From Calcarisporiella thermophila CBS 279.70 (lineage: Eukaryota; Fungi; Calcarisporiellomycota): a stretch of DNA of 64,000 nucleotides. Below are positions 1-13,314 of this stretch, one piece after another. The translations under genes were made by a program, and so were the position numbers. Within the stretch, counting starts at the first letter, position 1. The number at the start of each line of letters is the position of its first letter. Under the pieces are notes generated by a model. That model had not been told where the DNA came from, did no database searches, and saw only the letters and a list, made by a program, of their open reading frames with translations. The stretch spans positions 372,085 through 436,084 of the forward strand of contig NW_027192205.1 in the NCBI RefSeq assembly GCF_041956535.1, read 5' to 3'.

Positions 1-31
1 GCTCTCGTTTTTGCAACAAGTGAAACTCCAT
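1..31 (-). CDS. Possible 5' end of a gene running off the left edge (MEFHLLQKRE...)
   Basis: ATG at 31-29 is open to the window edge. A minus-strand pyrimidine-rich tract at about 220-290 resembles the 5' leaders of other genes here. Only 10 codons are visible. Confidence 0.25.
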   Translation of the reverse strand, partial: MEFHLLQKRE

Positions 32-1244
32 GATTATGAAATAAGTAGCCCAGCTACCCCAAGGGTATTGAAACAAGGATTAACTCGAAAGTGAGAACCG
101 AAGATATTCAAAAGGATGGAAATAACAAAGGTGAAATAAAATAGATACAATAGATATTTTTGTTCCGTATCGATAATACGGGGAATAGACCGTTTTCCCT
201 AAGATGTTAATAAGGGTGATGAAAGAAGAGAGAGGAGAGGTGTAAGGGGAGGTATGGGCGCGAAGGAGTCAAGAGTGAAGGAAGCTTTGGGAGCAGAAAA
301 AACACGGCGATTTCAGGAACGGTGGGTTTATAAACTGAAAGGATAACACAGATCATAGTTAAAACCTGCTTTTCTGCAAATAAAACATTTTTTCTTGCAC
401 TTGCATCACCCTGTTTCTCTAATTATTGCTGTGCAGTTCAAAAAAAAGTTGTGCGCAACTTGTCTATCAATTGGTCACCATACCCAATCTTGGATAATGA
501 ACAGGAATTGAAACCTGTCATGTATTGCGTATTCACTAGAAATTTTGCGAGCACTTGAAAAATCGCGAGATATAGTATATACTAATGTGAAACTATATAA
601 TTTCTCTTCAACTATTGTAGCTTAAAAATACCCTTTAATACAACATAATTAGTACGTGTATTGTCAATTAATGAGCGCCCTTTTCAAAATTTTCAGAACA
701 AGCTAAACGCCACCTCTGTGAGAAGAAAAATTAAAAAAAAAAAAACCGGAATATTAGATTTGTTGAGAGGAAAATTTTCGTATTTGCGAGGCGGGCGAGA
801 AGTTGTATTTTGCTGCTTGATTAAAACATTAATTATATTTTTTTTCTATTAAAGGATCCCTCGACAGGTTCATTTTCATTTCCTCTTCGAATTGGATGCT
901 CCAACTCTAATGTGCATTTCCTACGGTTAGTAAATCAAGTAATAATCTGCCGCACATGTAACGTAATGCATGTTCTGTGAACCAAAGATACGGCTCTTGT
1001 GAAAGCATACTTTTCGACTCTGAGTAGAAATCAGTTGCACTATCCATAATTAGATTATCAATGAGTTATCGTAATCGCATCGAAAACAAAAAGAGGAACT
1101 GATAGTTAGCTTGTAATTTAGTTTCAATATTATAAAATAAAAAAAAGCCCTTTCGAATAACATTGAAAATGTTTTAGAGGTCTCTAAAGTTAACAAAAGT
1201 ATCAGAATGTAGAACTACAAATAATGTAAATGCCCACAAACACC

Positions 1245-2969
1245 TTATTCACCACCTTTACCAACAGCAAATGCGAAAAATATCGCCCAGCTTGCGACCA
1301 TCAGAGCCATGAAGGATAGAGCAAAAAAGATACTCGCTCGATTTTTGGAAAGCGTATTGTTCTTTTCATGCTGCTCCTTTTCTTTAACTAGAGGGATGCG
1401 TTGTTGCCGCTCGACTTCTAGAATCCCTTTATATAAAAACCGATCTAATAGCCATATGACAACACCTAATATCACTGAAGAAATGGCAATGACGATAAAG
1501 AAGATCATAACATTGTCATAGTTTTTGCCAGTCGACTTGTCTTGGATCAATCCAATTGCAATATCCTGAATTGTTGTGCCCACATTCATTCCTGACTTAT
1601 AAATGCCGAAGCCAGTCCCAACTAACTCTAAGGGAAGGATTAGACCAACAGAAGATGCAAGTACCACCGGTCCAACTGAAAGCGAGAGGGAGAAGAAAAC
1701 CATTCCGAGAATTGGCGTGACAGTGCTGAATGCCAGAACACACTGCGAAATTAAGAAAAAGCCAGCCGAGAGAATGAAACCAGTTACCCGCAGACCTCGC
1801 AGGTCAAGGAAATATCCGAGAAAAGGAGATATGACAATTGGCAGCGCATGAGCAACACTGGCGTTGAATGCTGCTAACTCTTGTTTCATATTGTAACGCT
1901 TTTCTACAAAATCTGTAGCATTATGCAGGAACGCTGTCCAAGCGCCTCCCATAAGCACTTGGCTAAATACGATCAGCCAGTAAGTCGTGGAAAAAAAGAT
2001 TATCTTCTTGAAATGAAATGCCTTCTTTTTTCGAAGTTTAAGCTTTTCCTCTCTACAGAGTACGTCCCGATTTAAATATCGCAATAATAAGATATACATA
2101 CAGTTGATGATGAACGAGAGAATGCATAGTGAGGCAGCAAACTAGTATCAACGAAGTTAGCGTCGAAAGTCTTGAAAAGAATCTAATGAAACCTACCCAA
2201 AAGGAGTTACCATAGAACCCAGTCGCTTCCTTGAAAGATGGCATGGTAGCATTTGCCAGGAATGCACCCTATTTGATAATTCAATTAACAATAGTTATAT
2301 TTACGAGGCATTGATAATGTATACCAATCGTGATATTGCAATCATGAGACCGAGTGTAAATGCAAGATTACGGCCTGTAAACCAATGTGTGATGATGGTC
2401 TCTTGAGCAATTACAATTGTGCCAGAACCGACTCCATATAGAATACGACCGCAAACCATTAGAGGAAACGAGTTTACACTAGTTGAGAGTGCAACAAGGA
2501 CATTGCCCAGTGCAATTAGAAAGGTACATGTAATAGATCCTAGGCCCTATTTTCACAAAGTTTAGATTTAGTCTTTTTTAAAAATTCATGCTAAACGTAC
2601 AGTTCCAAAAGAATCTATTAGAATGCCTCCAAGGATTGGTATAAAAGAGTTGACGAAAGCAACTGCGGACTGCACCACTCCATAACGAGTATTGTCGATA
2701 TTCAGATTAGAAATAACATTTTTTTTAAGCGATCCTATGGTATGTGCAGCGAAATGGGAGCCTATAGCTAGAGTGAGAGCACATAAGAGAGCTACGACAC
2801 GGTATCTCCAAGGATATTCAGAGAGAACTCGTGAATCTCGAGAAGATTTAGATTGTTCGTAACATGTATCTTGCCCAAGCTCATTCTCTATATCTTTCTC
2901 TTGAATTCGCTCTAGGACATTTTCTTCTCCCATGCAAGTGTTTTCTGAAGCTTTATCACTCGTGCTCAT
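1245..2969 (-). CDS. MFS transporter, MFSD1-like; 4 exons
   Basis: Multiple hydrophobic helices, MFS motif A-like GGILIDSFG and GYFLDLRG. GT-AG introns join ORFs 2586-2969, 2053-2244 and 1245-2099. Confidence 0.85.
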
Positions 2970-4349
2970 TTTCTATAAAAAATCAGCTATGATATATCAG
3001 TTTGTATAGTTTTTATATAGATATCACCTTCTAATTGTTAGTAAAAATTTACCAAGTAAAAAAAGAGCCTAAAAGCCTCACGTTTAAACTATATTCGTTT
3101 ATTCAAACAACAACCTCTATTTGATTTTCAACATTGGGTGTTTACCCTTAAATATCTGTAGCGCTAGATGTGTACGGCATTGTACCGAACCGTCCACAAA
3201 ATTTATCAGATGGAACATTATGAAAGGTTTACTGTTTATTCCCCACCTTTAGATACGATATTAACTCTGATTGCGATAAAATGCCATCACCATTGATTGC
3301 AAAAGAGAAGTGATTAGTTAATGCTTTCAAGCCTACATCTTCTACTTGTATTATCATGGAAAAATCTCTTGCTAAGGTTGCATTAGATTACTTCTTATTT
3401 TGAGTAATGTGGCCTGATTTTTGAATGTAAACAATATTTGTGTATTTAAATCGGGGTAGAAAATAGAGAAAATAGTAGAGCATACAGGGCTGGTATAATT
3501 AAAGTTTTGGTGTAACCTCTTGGTATAGCTAAGCTAAGAATAAATTTCAAACTGACATTTTGTATTATAGCTCCTACAAATGATAGTAAACCCTTGGAAT
3601 AATTACAACGATAAAAGTGATTGTCAAAATATATATACTTTACATTTTACAATTTTCAAGATCTACACTTATTTTACTTAAAGATTAAATATATTTGTGT
3701 ATTCCAATCACACAATACAATATTTAGTTAAACGTATTCAAATTCATCAATTTCAAATAACTAAGCAAATTCTCCATATCTAAATTGCATGATTATAAGT
3801 TATCCCACAAGTTGCATATACTCCCCTTAGGACTATATTTTCGTGGTAGAAATATAGCGCTAACTATATAGCTAGCTCGCACTTAAACAATACATCTGAA
3901 TTGTAAGAATATATAATGACACATGAGAGAATGATCCTGACCAACATTTGAGATGCAAATACTTCTCATTCTAACCCCTTCTCGGTGTTTGTCCATGACT
4001 TCAATTGATGGCTGAACGAAACTCAATACTTTATATTGAAATAAAACTATTGACTATGCTCCCATGGATGCCTTACGACATTTGGAATTCTCGTAAAAAA
4101 TACTGCTTTTGAACAACTCAGTGCAAATATATTGAGATTTCTTTTTGCATGCTTAAATATTTCCTCTTGCTATTAATCGACTTTTGTGATCATACAGTAT
4201 AGGACGCTACATGCTTGCTATAAGAAATTTATGATAATTATTTCTATTTATGGATGATTCGTTTTACTCTGATTCTTCCAATTTCGAAGAACCACATAGC
4301 TCAATTTTCGAAGTTTTTCCCCCTGATCTTTATACCTCGTATTTCAGCA

Positions 4350-5045
4350 ATGAATGACACAGTTTCAATTCTAGTAGCAATATTCGTGGTTGTTGTTGCG
4401 TTTCGCTGGCTGATGGGTGGGCAATTTATATACTCTCCGGCAATAGCTATTCCCTCTTTTATAATTTATAATTTATTTTAGGAGGTGATTCATCAAGTCA
4501 TCGAAGAGAGCTCGAGAATAGTTCCCGTACACAAGCAAGGAGAGTTTCACCGGAGATGATAAATCGTGTACATGAAATGTTCCCATCTATTCCTATCTCT
4601 GCTATTAAGTATGATTTACAATTAACTGGTTCTTGCGAAGTAACTTGTGATAAAATCCTCCAGCAAGGCGGACTTCCATTGGTAATAGATTTACATGCTT
4701 TGGCCTATAATGAGATAGTTTATTTAGTAATTTATTTTCTAGCCACCCAACGCACAAGCATCTTCCTCTAATCCACCTTCTTCGACTACTTCCTCCACAA
4801 CGTTATCCGCACGGATCTCCTCTGCATCGAATAATACTACTCCTCCGTTGTCTTCACTTTTGCATCGCTATAATTTAATGGGTGCAGTCCGGAATGGGTT
4901 CGAAATGAACGAACCACTAAAAGTATGGGAATCAACTGCAGAAAAACGAGACGAAATTCTCAGAAGAAGGAAAGAATTCATGATATTGCAAGCTCGAAGT
5001 AAATTTTTAAAACAGCAGCAGGAAGAAGAGAAAATCAACAGATGA
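4350..5045 (+). CDS. CUE-domain ER membrane protein (Cue1/Cue4-like); 3 exons
   Basis: N-terminal TM (SILVAIFVVVVAFRW), CUE motif EMFPSIPISAIKYDL..TGS.EVT.DKIL, and a C-terminal Ubc7-binding-like helix (W...AEKR..IL.RRKEFMILQAR.KF). Confidence 0.85.
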
Positions 5046-5138
5046 ACTATTTTTAAGATATATATCTTATTTTTTTTTCTGTAATATAATTAGCAAATAT
5101 TGCGAAGAGAAAATTATACAATATTCAAATAAGCTGTT

Positions 5139-5939
5139 TTAAAACAGCTTTATTATAATGACTGAAGCTACCAGGCCGATGCAACCTAGGAGTCTCCATA
5201 CAGTAAATTTATTATATGGAACTCCTACAAGAGAAAAATGATCTAGAGGTAAAACGTCAGAAAGATCAGATGAAATCTTCATATCAATTACTATATTGAC
5301 CTATTAAACATGCAGTAATGACTTGAGCGCAAACAGATACGGCAAGCACAGTTCCAGCACCTATAATTATATACACATTATTAACTCTAGAATGGTTCAA
5401 TCATTCTTAGCGCCATATATACTTATATCAGATAGAAAGGCTTACCTTGTCTTGGAACAGTTAAAATCACCATGACAACATAAAATGCTCCTAACAATCC
5501 TCCGAGCCATGCCCACCATGGAGAAGCTATTACCATACATTTATAATAATTTCTAACGTAACTATAGTGCACACATACTAGGAACGAGCTTTTGTATATC
5601 CGGTCCTTTTAGTCTAGACTCCACTCCATAATAGATAAATATGACAACTCCTCCAGTTATGAAAGATACAAATGAAGAGAAAGACGCGTAACCGGACAAT
5701 CGCCCTAGAGTTGAATTACTACCTATTTATTGGATAAATATTCCTGTTCTTATTCTCAACCCAGCTGTCTCTAATATATTTTTAGAATATACCTGCTTGG
5801 AATGCTAATGCAACTCCGGCCAACACAATAAGAACTAGAGGAATTAGAAAGGAATTCACATGGTTAGCTAGTATGGGAATAACATTAATGCAAAGAGGAA
5901 TTCACAGATGTCCAAATATGTGCTTTCAATGCTGGCCAT
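5139..5939 (-). CDS. DMT-superfamily YdcZ/DUF606 inner-membrane exporter-like protein, about 150 aa; 6 exons; absent from the ORF track
   Basis: Hand splicing over GT-AG introns gives ...LIVLAGVALAFQAGSNSTLG...SFVSFITGG...PWWAWLGGLLGAFYV...PRQGAGTVLAVSVCAQVITACLIDHFSLVGVP...WRLLGCIGLVASVIIIKLF*, which matches the YdcZ family motifs. Confidence 0.85.
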
Positions 5940-6173
5940 TGATGTTGCAATGCCGAGAAGAAACCCAAAAAGACTCAAACTTTAGCTCGCCTTCTCGTAT
6001 TCTTACCGAGATAACCCGTGCAACTAACCATGAAGCTAAATGAACTGTCATGGTGTCAGTCGGAGATTAAAAGATTATGCCATTTGCCGCCTATCACTTT
6101 TTTCCTTTTTAATTCTTCAACTGTTCTCACTCTCAATTTTCTCACAGGAATTTCCTTGAGCATTGCCCTTTAA

Positions 6174-6559
6174 ATGTCATTGATCAAGCACAATATCTTC
6201 ATCAGCCGACTTCCAGTAGTGATAAGAATCACAGCGCCAAAATTTCACTATGTTTCATCTCCCCGTGTCGAGAATAAGAATAATAAGCATTCAAAGAAGA
6301 ATCAGTCGATGATTTTCGACGACGACCAGGCACTCAGGGACAATGACAGAGTTGATGGTAAGTTTTGGAGTGGTGATCCCGGTAATCTGGCGTCTGATGC
6401 TGACGAGGTGTGTATACGAGTCTTTTATATTACTTTATTACATGCTTGCGTCCTAATTGGAATTCTCTGATCTCATAGTTTGAATTGGTGAACGAGATAA
6501 CTAGTCATCAAATGGTGTTTGAGAAGGAGAATAAAGATATGGGAAAAGTTGTGGAGTAA
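6174..6559 (+). CDS. Small hypothetical protein, possibly mitochondrially targeted; 2 exons
   Basis: Arg/Ser-rich, acid-free N-terminus. A GT..AG intron after LASDADE joins in frame to FELVNEITSHQMVFEKENKDMGKVVE*. Confidence 0.55.
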
Positions 6560-6808
6560 TATGAACATGCGATGCGTGTAAATACTCCATATTCTAGCAT
6601 TTATATTTTCTTTGGTATCGAATCGTATCTGTACAGTTTATTTTCTGGAGTTGATAACTATTTATTTGTACTGCTTGTTCTGTACATTTTACTCGCCTAT
6701 TGAAGGATGTGTGCTTATTTGCAATTTGAATGTTACATTTTGATGTGGTATCATTATTAAATAACGAAGAATTATAAAAGAAGAAAATTCCCAAAATACA
6801 TAATTGTA

Positions 6809-9311
6809 TCAATTTGTTTTCTTACGCTTTTTCTTTATGGGTTTGGAGAGAAGTCGAGCTACGTCATTTGCCACCATAAACTCATCGACCTCGTTGCCTC
6901 GTCTCCGTTTAATTGCCATCTTGTTCTTGATATCTTTAGCGATTTTATGCTTATGCTCCGCATTGATTTCTTTGGTCTTGCGAGATTTATTTGCCTTAGC
7001 TGAGGCGGTCGGAGCTTCACGTAAAGCAAACGCTTTGGCCATATGGCCGAGGTGCAGTTTCTTGATATGGAAGATATGCCTTTCTGTCGAAGAATGGGTC
7101 GCATAGGCACGGATACTAGATAAAAAGGCTACGCGAGCGAGATCCTGATTCTAGAATTAAGCAACCAAAACATAAATTAAACAATTGATAAGAGAATAGA
7201 CCCGGTATATCGTTGCAAATTACCTTGTCACTAGATAATACATATTGCTCGAACGAGTTTTGGATCTCAGTTGCCGCCTGTTGGTAATCACCTTTGATAT
7301 GCGGGGCTAATTTCTTTAGGTAACCCTCAACTAAATCCACAGGTTGGGGTTTGAGCTCTTGAACTTTCAGTAAATCAATGTACTCCATCTCAGATGGTAG
7401 CAGAAATAGTAATGCCTCGCCAGCGCGACCCAGGCGAGCTGTGCGTCCAATACGATGTATATACAATTTAAGATCAGTTGGAGGATCAAATTGTATAATT
7501 CTTCGTACATCTGGGAGATCCAGTCCACGGGCAGCTACATCTGTACAAAAGAGCACCCCCGATTCAGCGCTGCAAAAACTTTGATAGACACGAGTGCGAG
7601 TTGATTGAGGGAGTTCCCCATGCAGTTTGTACAAAGGGACTTGCGGGAGTATCTTTCCAGTTGAGCATAGCATTTCATTATCTTTTCCTGTTGTTTTCGC
7701 AATGTTTTGTAGATCTGGTTCTACCGAGTTCTTCTCATCTTTGGTAGGAAACATGGCTCTCAAAACGCGTCTTTCAGGTGTCTCTTCGATCTCTTTCCCC
7801 CCTTCTTCGTCTTGCTTTACATTGCTATTGTATTTTTCTGAGTGTGTCGATTTACCCGTATTGGCGAAAAGGTCAAAATAAAAATCAACGGAATCACAGC
7901 ACGAGAAGAACACCACTATCTTCGATTGATCTTGGGTAAGGCCTGTTCTTAGAGCGGCAGTAAGAGTCACCAGCCTTAGTTTAGCTGGACACAAAATATA
8001 ATTTTGCTGCAGTTGCGCGGGAGTAGCGCCTGTTATCCTTCCTTCTCCATCGTCGCTATCAGTATCCCCTTGAATGGCTAAGTTGGTATCATTAATATTA
8101 TCCATCAAAGTCAATTTTGAAGATGCGACCGGAATAATACTAGGCCCCCCTTGCACGAAGAGTGGGTTCAATAAAGTATAGCCAGCGAGTCTCTTTACCT
8201 TATCGCCCACAGTTGCCGAGCAGAGCACTGTCTGGCGCCTTTGCGGCCAGGATTTAGAGGCAAACATACGATTAATATTCGATCCAGAAGACTTGATGCG
8301 CTCGTCAAGAATTTGTAAAATAGTCCGTAAACTCTCCTCGAATCCAAGATCAAGTAGTTGGTCTGCTTCGTCTAGTATTAGCCATCGTAAATGATCAACA
8401 GTAAAAGATTTGGTGTTTTGCAGATGATCAAGCAGACGCCCTGGTGTGCTCACCAAGATATTGACACCCTTGCGTAAACGGGCTTTTTCTGATTTTTTTT
8501 TATCGCCTCCTATGACGATTCCAGGCACTATCCAATGACTTCGACGTCTGTTTGATTGGCGACCCGGTGGGAGGCTAAGCAGCAATTCTAAAACATCAAG
8601 GACTTGTTTCGCTAGTTCACGAGTTGGTGTGAGTATAATAGCTAGAGTTCCAACAGAGCGAGAGGCATGCACCGGCGATTCCATGTTATTGGCATCAGTA
8701 GTAGTTGCAGAGATCAATCGGTGTACAATAGGCACAAGATATGTGAGCGTTTTTCCAGATCCCGTCTCCGCTTGTACGATCACGTCCCTGTTTTCTTTGT
8801 TAATCTCTATATGACTTGCCGATCCAAGCAGTATCGGAATAGCTTTGCTTTGAATGCTCGTTGGCCTTTCGACTCCGAGCCTCTCTTTCAAATGCTGTGA
8901 TAGATCTTGATCTACACCTAGAGCATTGAAACTTGATGCATCGGATAAAGGGGCATTGCTTGGAATTGCGTTCCAATTGCCAGTAGATGTATTGAATTTG
9001 GGTATGGTTGGATTAGAAGTGAATAGAGAAGATATGATCTGCGAATTTGTCGAAGAGAGGACTGTTGAGTTATCTTCTGCCTGGTTTCTTTGAATTTTAC
9101 CCGTTGGCTTCGATGAGTTAACGGTATTATCCAATGCCTGCTGCTGTTGCTGAGCTGGAGGGTTTGCTTTTGCATGCTTTTTAGATGTCTTTAATTTTCT
9201 TTTTGCTACAAGACGATCTTTCCAACGTCCTCCCTTAATTCGACTCTGAGGAATTACTGTAGTATTGCTGCTCGCATTGACAAAATTAAGAACCAATCCA
9301 TCATCATCCAT
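6809..9311 (-). CDS. DBP7: DEAD-box RNA helicase Dbp7/DDX31 (60S biogenesis); 2 exons
   Basis: [10 protein letters not shown] start, [20 protein letters not shown]...[45 protein letters not shown], and C-terminal IRAYATH...[16 protein letters not shown]. Confidence 0.95.
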
Positions 9312-9378
9312 TTTTCTAACTAGTTTCCGAAGTCGAATTTGCTATTGTTTATCAACAAATTTAATATTGAATTAAAAG

Positions 9379-9386
9379 CAGTCACA
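9379..9386 (+). promoter_or_regulatory. Homol D-like box CAGTCACA upstream of DBP7
   Basis: Exact match to the Homol D consensus of S. pombe ribosomal protein gene promoters, 67 bp upstream of the ATG. Confidence 0.4.
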
Positions 9387-9433
9387 ACTACCTAAAAATC
9401 CGCACACCCAATTGAAGGATAAAAGATGTATAT

Positions 9434-10683
9434 TTATATTAGTAGTATAGAAAATAGAATATAAAAAAAAAGTTTAATTAAAACGACCAGTCCTGGACTA
9501 TACGCTAGTTTCATAGTAAGTTTTGAAGCATTTGCAGTTTGAAGCGATGGAGAACCGAAATATATCGATTTCACTGTAGTTATGGTTGGCCTTGAAACTG
9601 TTTGGGTCATTATAACAGTAACAACTTCTAGCCCATATTCCGTTGGATTACCGGATGGCCCCTCTTGAAGTCGGTATGTTTTAATTCCAGTACCTCTTTC
9701 ACTTGCGTTGGATGAACCAGCCGGTTTTATTGTAGCAACAGGTACTTGAACCGTTACAGAAGTCGTTCTGGACATGGATGCAGTAATATGTGCAGGCATA
9801 TTCACGGAAGAACATTTAGTCGAAGAGATTGTAGCTGTATAAACGGACCTTGTGATTGTTGTTGTAATAGAGAAAATTTTTGTAAAGGACTTGGGAACAA
9901 ATGTAGTCCGAACAATTGAACTCCGTGTAACCATTTTTTGTGAGCGACATCTTTCTCCAGTAATAGCTTCGGAAGAGATATAAGAATGAGAGGTCGAAGA
10001 ATGAAAAGATCCCCTTATTTTTGATGGTAATGAATTCAGGTGCAAACTACCTGTAAATGTGATTAATGTTCCTGGATTTGTAACGGACGCGGAAAATGCA
10101 CTGTCATTTAATGGGATATGGAGTCTGTGCTTGCCTACGTTAGAGTCGGATATTAAAAAGAATGGGGCGCAAGATGTATAAGAGCTTGCACCGAAACGAG
10201 TAGGTACAATAAGATCTTCAGTATTTTTTAGAAAAAGCTGCGTGACAGAGTTGGGACGGCCTCTGCTCTCAGAATCGGCTATACATGTGGGGTCGGATAG
10301 AAGATAGTATCCAGAGCGTATAGATTCGATTGAAGGAGTGCAACATGAAGTAGTAGTAATCGAGTGACAGGGGCGTCTACAAACTATAATTATAGTACCT
10401 AATAAATTTAGGATATAATTATATTTACATGATATTTATATGGTCAGACGAATATTCTGATGGATATATCTTTTGTATATCCCCACACGATATAGATGCA
10501 CGAGATGAATATTTTTGCAAATGACAATTGTCGCATCCTTTGATATATGCTAAAATATGCTCTCACATAAAACCATACTATATTAAAGCTTTGAGTTTAC
10601 TCACTTTGTATTAGAACACCACAAACTCGTAGAAATATGACTTCGATCAGTGCTGGTGCCGATACCAAATAACAAAATTTCAT
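9434..10683 (-). CDS. Putative secreted or GPI-anchored Ser/Thr-rich protein; exon structure uncertain
   Basis: Signal-like first exon MKFCYLVSAPALIEVIFLRVCG ends at a GTGAGT donor. It is followed by a Cys-containing exon 2, the S/T-rich ORF 9434-10045 and a hydrophobic C-terminus. The middle junctions are ambiguous. Confidence 0.45.
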
Positions 10684-11820
10684 TTATATAATTGACATTG
10701 ATTGTTATAATATCAGTAAAGTGTAAAAGTTAAATAAGATGGTCAGCAAAAAACGAAAAAAGATCGCTGTATATATAGCTCTCGGTTTATATTATCAATG
10801 AAAATCCAAATATTCAATAACCATGTGATTTAATAATAAATTCATACTAAAACTTATAAGCATATTGAGAAATCTTTCACTATACCTTCAGCAAAACTTT
10901 AGAATTATTTGCTGATGTCAGATTGCAATGTCGTGGATATTTTTGCAAGCACATCAGAGTTCCATTTATCCGTATAGAATCTTACGTTAGATAATTATTT
11001 TATAAATAGGAAAGCATGATTGAGCTTAAAAAACCTCTTAGTCACGGAAATACTAGAATTATAATGTTAAGCATGAAATGCCCGTATTTTGGCTTTATAA
11101 TTGTCGCAAAAAGCTCTCAAGTTGCGTCCTTTGAGTCCTATTGTTATAATAATAGGAGCTAATAATTGATAATAAATAAAGATAAAGACAAAAAGAACAC
11201 TCGATTTAATTCCAATTATCGCCAATATTGTCAGTAGATCTGACAGCATTGCAAAGGATTTAGAATACGTCGTGCGAGAAGAAATGAACATTATTTATAG
11301 CAAATGTTGAATTGAGACATTGGTTTAGTTTGCTACATTTTCTAAAAACTATCTTGAGGGCATATATTATGTAAACTTATTCCAGAAGTTCCTGAAAAGA
11401 ATTAGTCCTTTAGAGAATTTTTGGATCGCTTTAATCTATATCGAGGATTTCTAAAAATATATTTTATATATACTATATAAACACTTTGAGTAAATTCGGT
11501 TTCAAAAGTATATAATAAGTTACTCGTCCAGTCGATGGTTTTTCTACTCCGAAAATAATGTAAATTTTATCATTGAAATATTGTTTTCACATAAATTTAT
11601 CCTTGGCATATACAATGATAAATTTATGTAGAGATGCGTAATGGCTATGTTGTTAAGAAAGTAGATAAAGAGCTGAATAGCTTTCTGTGGTGACGTTACT
11701 AGTGGTTTATGACAAGATATAATGGCGCAGTCATTGAAAGCTTATTAACTCCACACGCCTAAAAAATAAATGAAAATGAGTCTATCTTGATTGTTGTCGC
11801 CCTTCCATTTAATAGAAGGG

Positions 11821-12986
11821 ATGCAGAACACCCCGAAGCATAAACCTCGAGTAGTACAAACAGCACGGGTAGATATTGACCCTTTAGGTGCTGCACGAGA
11901 ATCTCCTCAGGGCGCGTGTATAACGCATCCTCCCTCTAGGGTGCGCAACAAAAGTGTTCACTCACCTCCACCCTCGCCATCGCCCATTCATAAACAGTCT
12001 TTTGTAACTAATCCACGTTCATTATCACCTCCTCCACATTCTCGCCAGCGGGCACAAACTCTTTCCCTTCTTGATGTAGTACGTCCTGATGAAGATCGGT
12101 CAGATGTATCAGATGATGCTTGGAGCTGTTTGAGCCAAGGAAGTGATGTTCAAAAGCAAAAAATTGTTTACAACAATAAGAATGGCAGATCCAATTCTGT
12201 AATGCTTGATGATAGGCCGCACATTAGCTTCAATACCGCAGGAAAGTCAGTCACACGCTCGCGCACTTTTCAGTCAGTAAATGGCAATAGACAATCTATC
12301 GAGTTGCTGCCGAATCGACAGGCCGAGAAGGCAGAAGAGGCCAAAAAAAATAGAAAGGTAATCCTTATCTATTTTTTACGTCTGAAAGGCATATTTTTAT
12401 TTTGATTATACTTTACAGATACTCGACTTGGAAATTTCTAATAATTCTCTCTCTGCCATTAATGAGAGTCTCGAAACACAAGTACGTAAACAGCAAGCAG
12501 AAATATCAGAGTTGAAAAAAAAGCTCTCGGAGTAGATAACAAAGTGTTTTAAGACCTACTTAATATATAGCTAATTTTATATTTCTTTGGTAGATTTGCG
12601 TTAATAAAGTACAATTCAAACTCGCTCGATTTTAGCGAGTTAGGGAATATCGATGTAATAATCTTATTTCTACGCTTATCGATATAATAACTAAATGATT
12701 ATACCTAGGATATTGAACTCACCGAGGAGGATATGGATGAAGAGCGCCTTTTTAAGCGCATGTGTTTGTATATTGAATCGATGATTAGGGAAGGGAAGCG
12801 GGCAATATCCTATGTTTCAAAAACAAAAGTATTAACCCCATTTGAAAGAGGTATCTTTCTATTATTCATATTTTTGGAATATCAATTAATTTTTTTGTTT
12901 TAAAAGGAGCATCCGATTGTGAACAATTTGGAGGAGCTGATTTTGACCTCGAAGATAATTTCGATTTATTAGGAGAACCAGACTAA
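11821..12986 (+). CDS. Uncharacterised fungal coiled-coil protein; 5 exons
   Basis: Spliced motif NRKILDLEISNNSLSAINESLETQVRKQQAEISELKKKL and FKRMCLYIESMIREGKRAI. All junctions are GT-AG and in frame. The start codon is uncertain. Confidence 0.7.
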
Positions 12987-13314
12987 ATACTCTGGCCATT
13001 TTCTTCACTTCATATGCTTCTTTTTATTACAATTCGTTTTTTCTTTTAATTCTAAAATGTACAAAGTGAGCAAATTTTAATTCTTTTCCGGTCCTCCCTC
13101 TCTTAGCATAAATAATATTATAGTCACATATGATAATGACCTATCCCTTTTGCTGAAGTATTTACTCCCCTTTTTAAGCAGTCATATATTGAATAATTTG
13201 ATTGTACGGTTTAGTCGCTTTCTGACCATTCTTCTTATTACCTGTATTTAATGTCAGTAATGGCATTTATATATTCCCAAACTTGCATTAAATTCTATCA
13301 ACTATTTAAACAGG

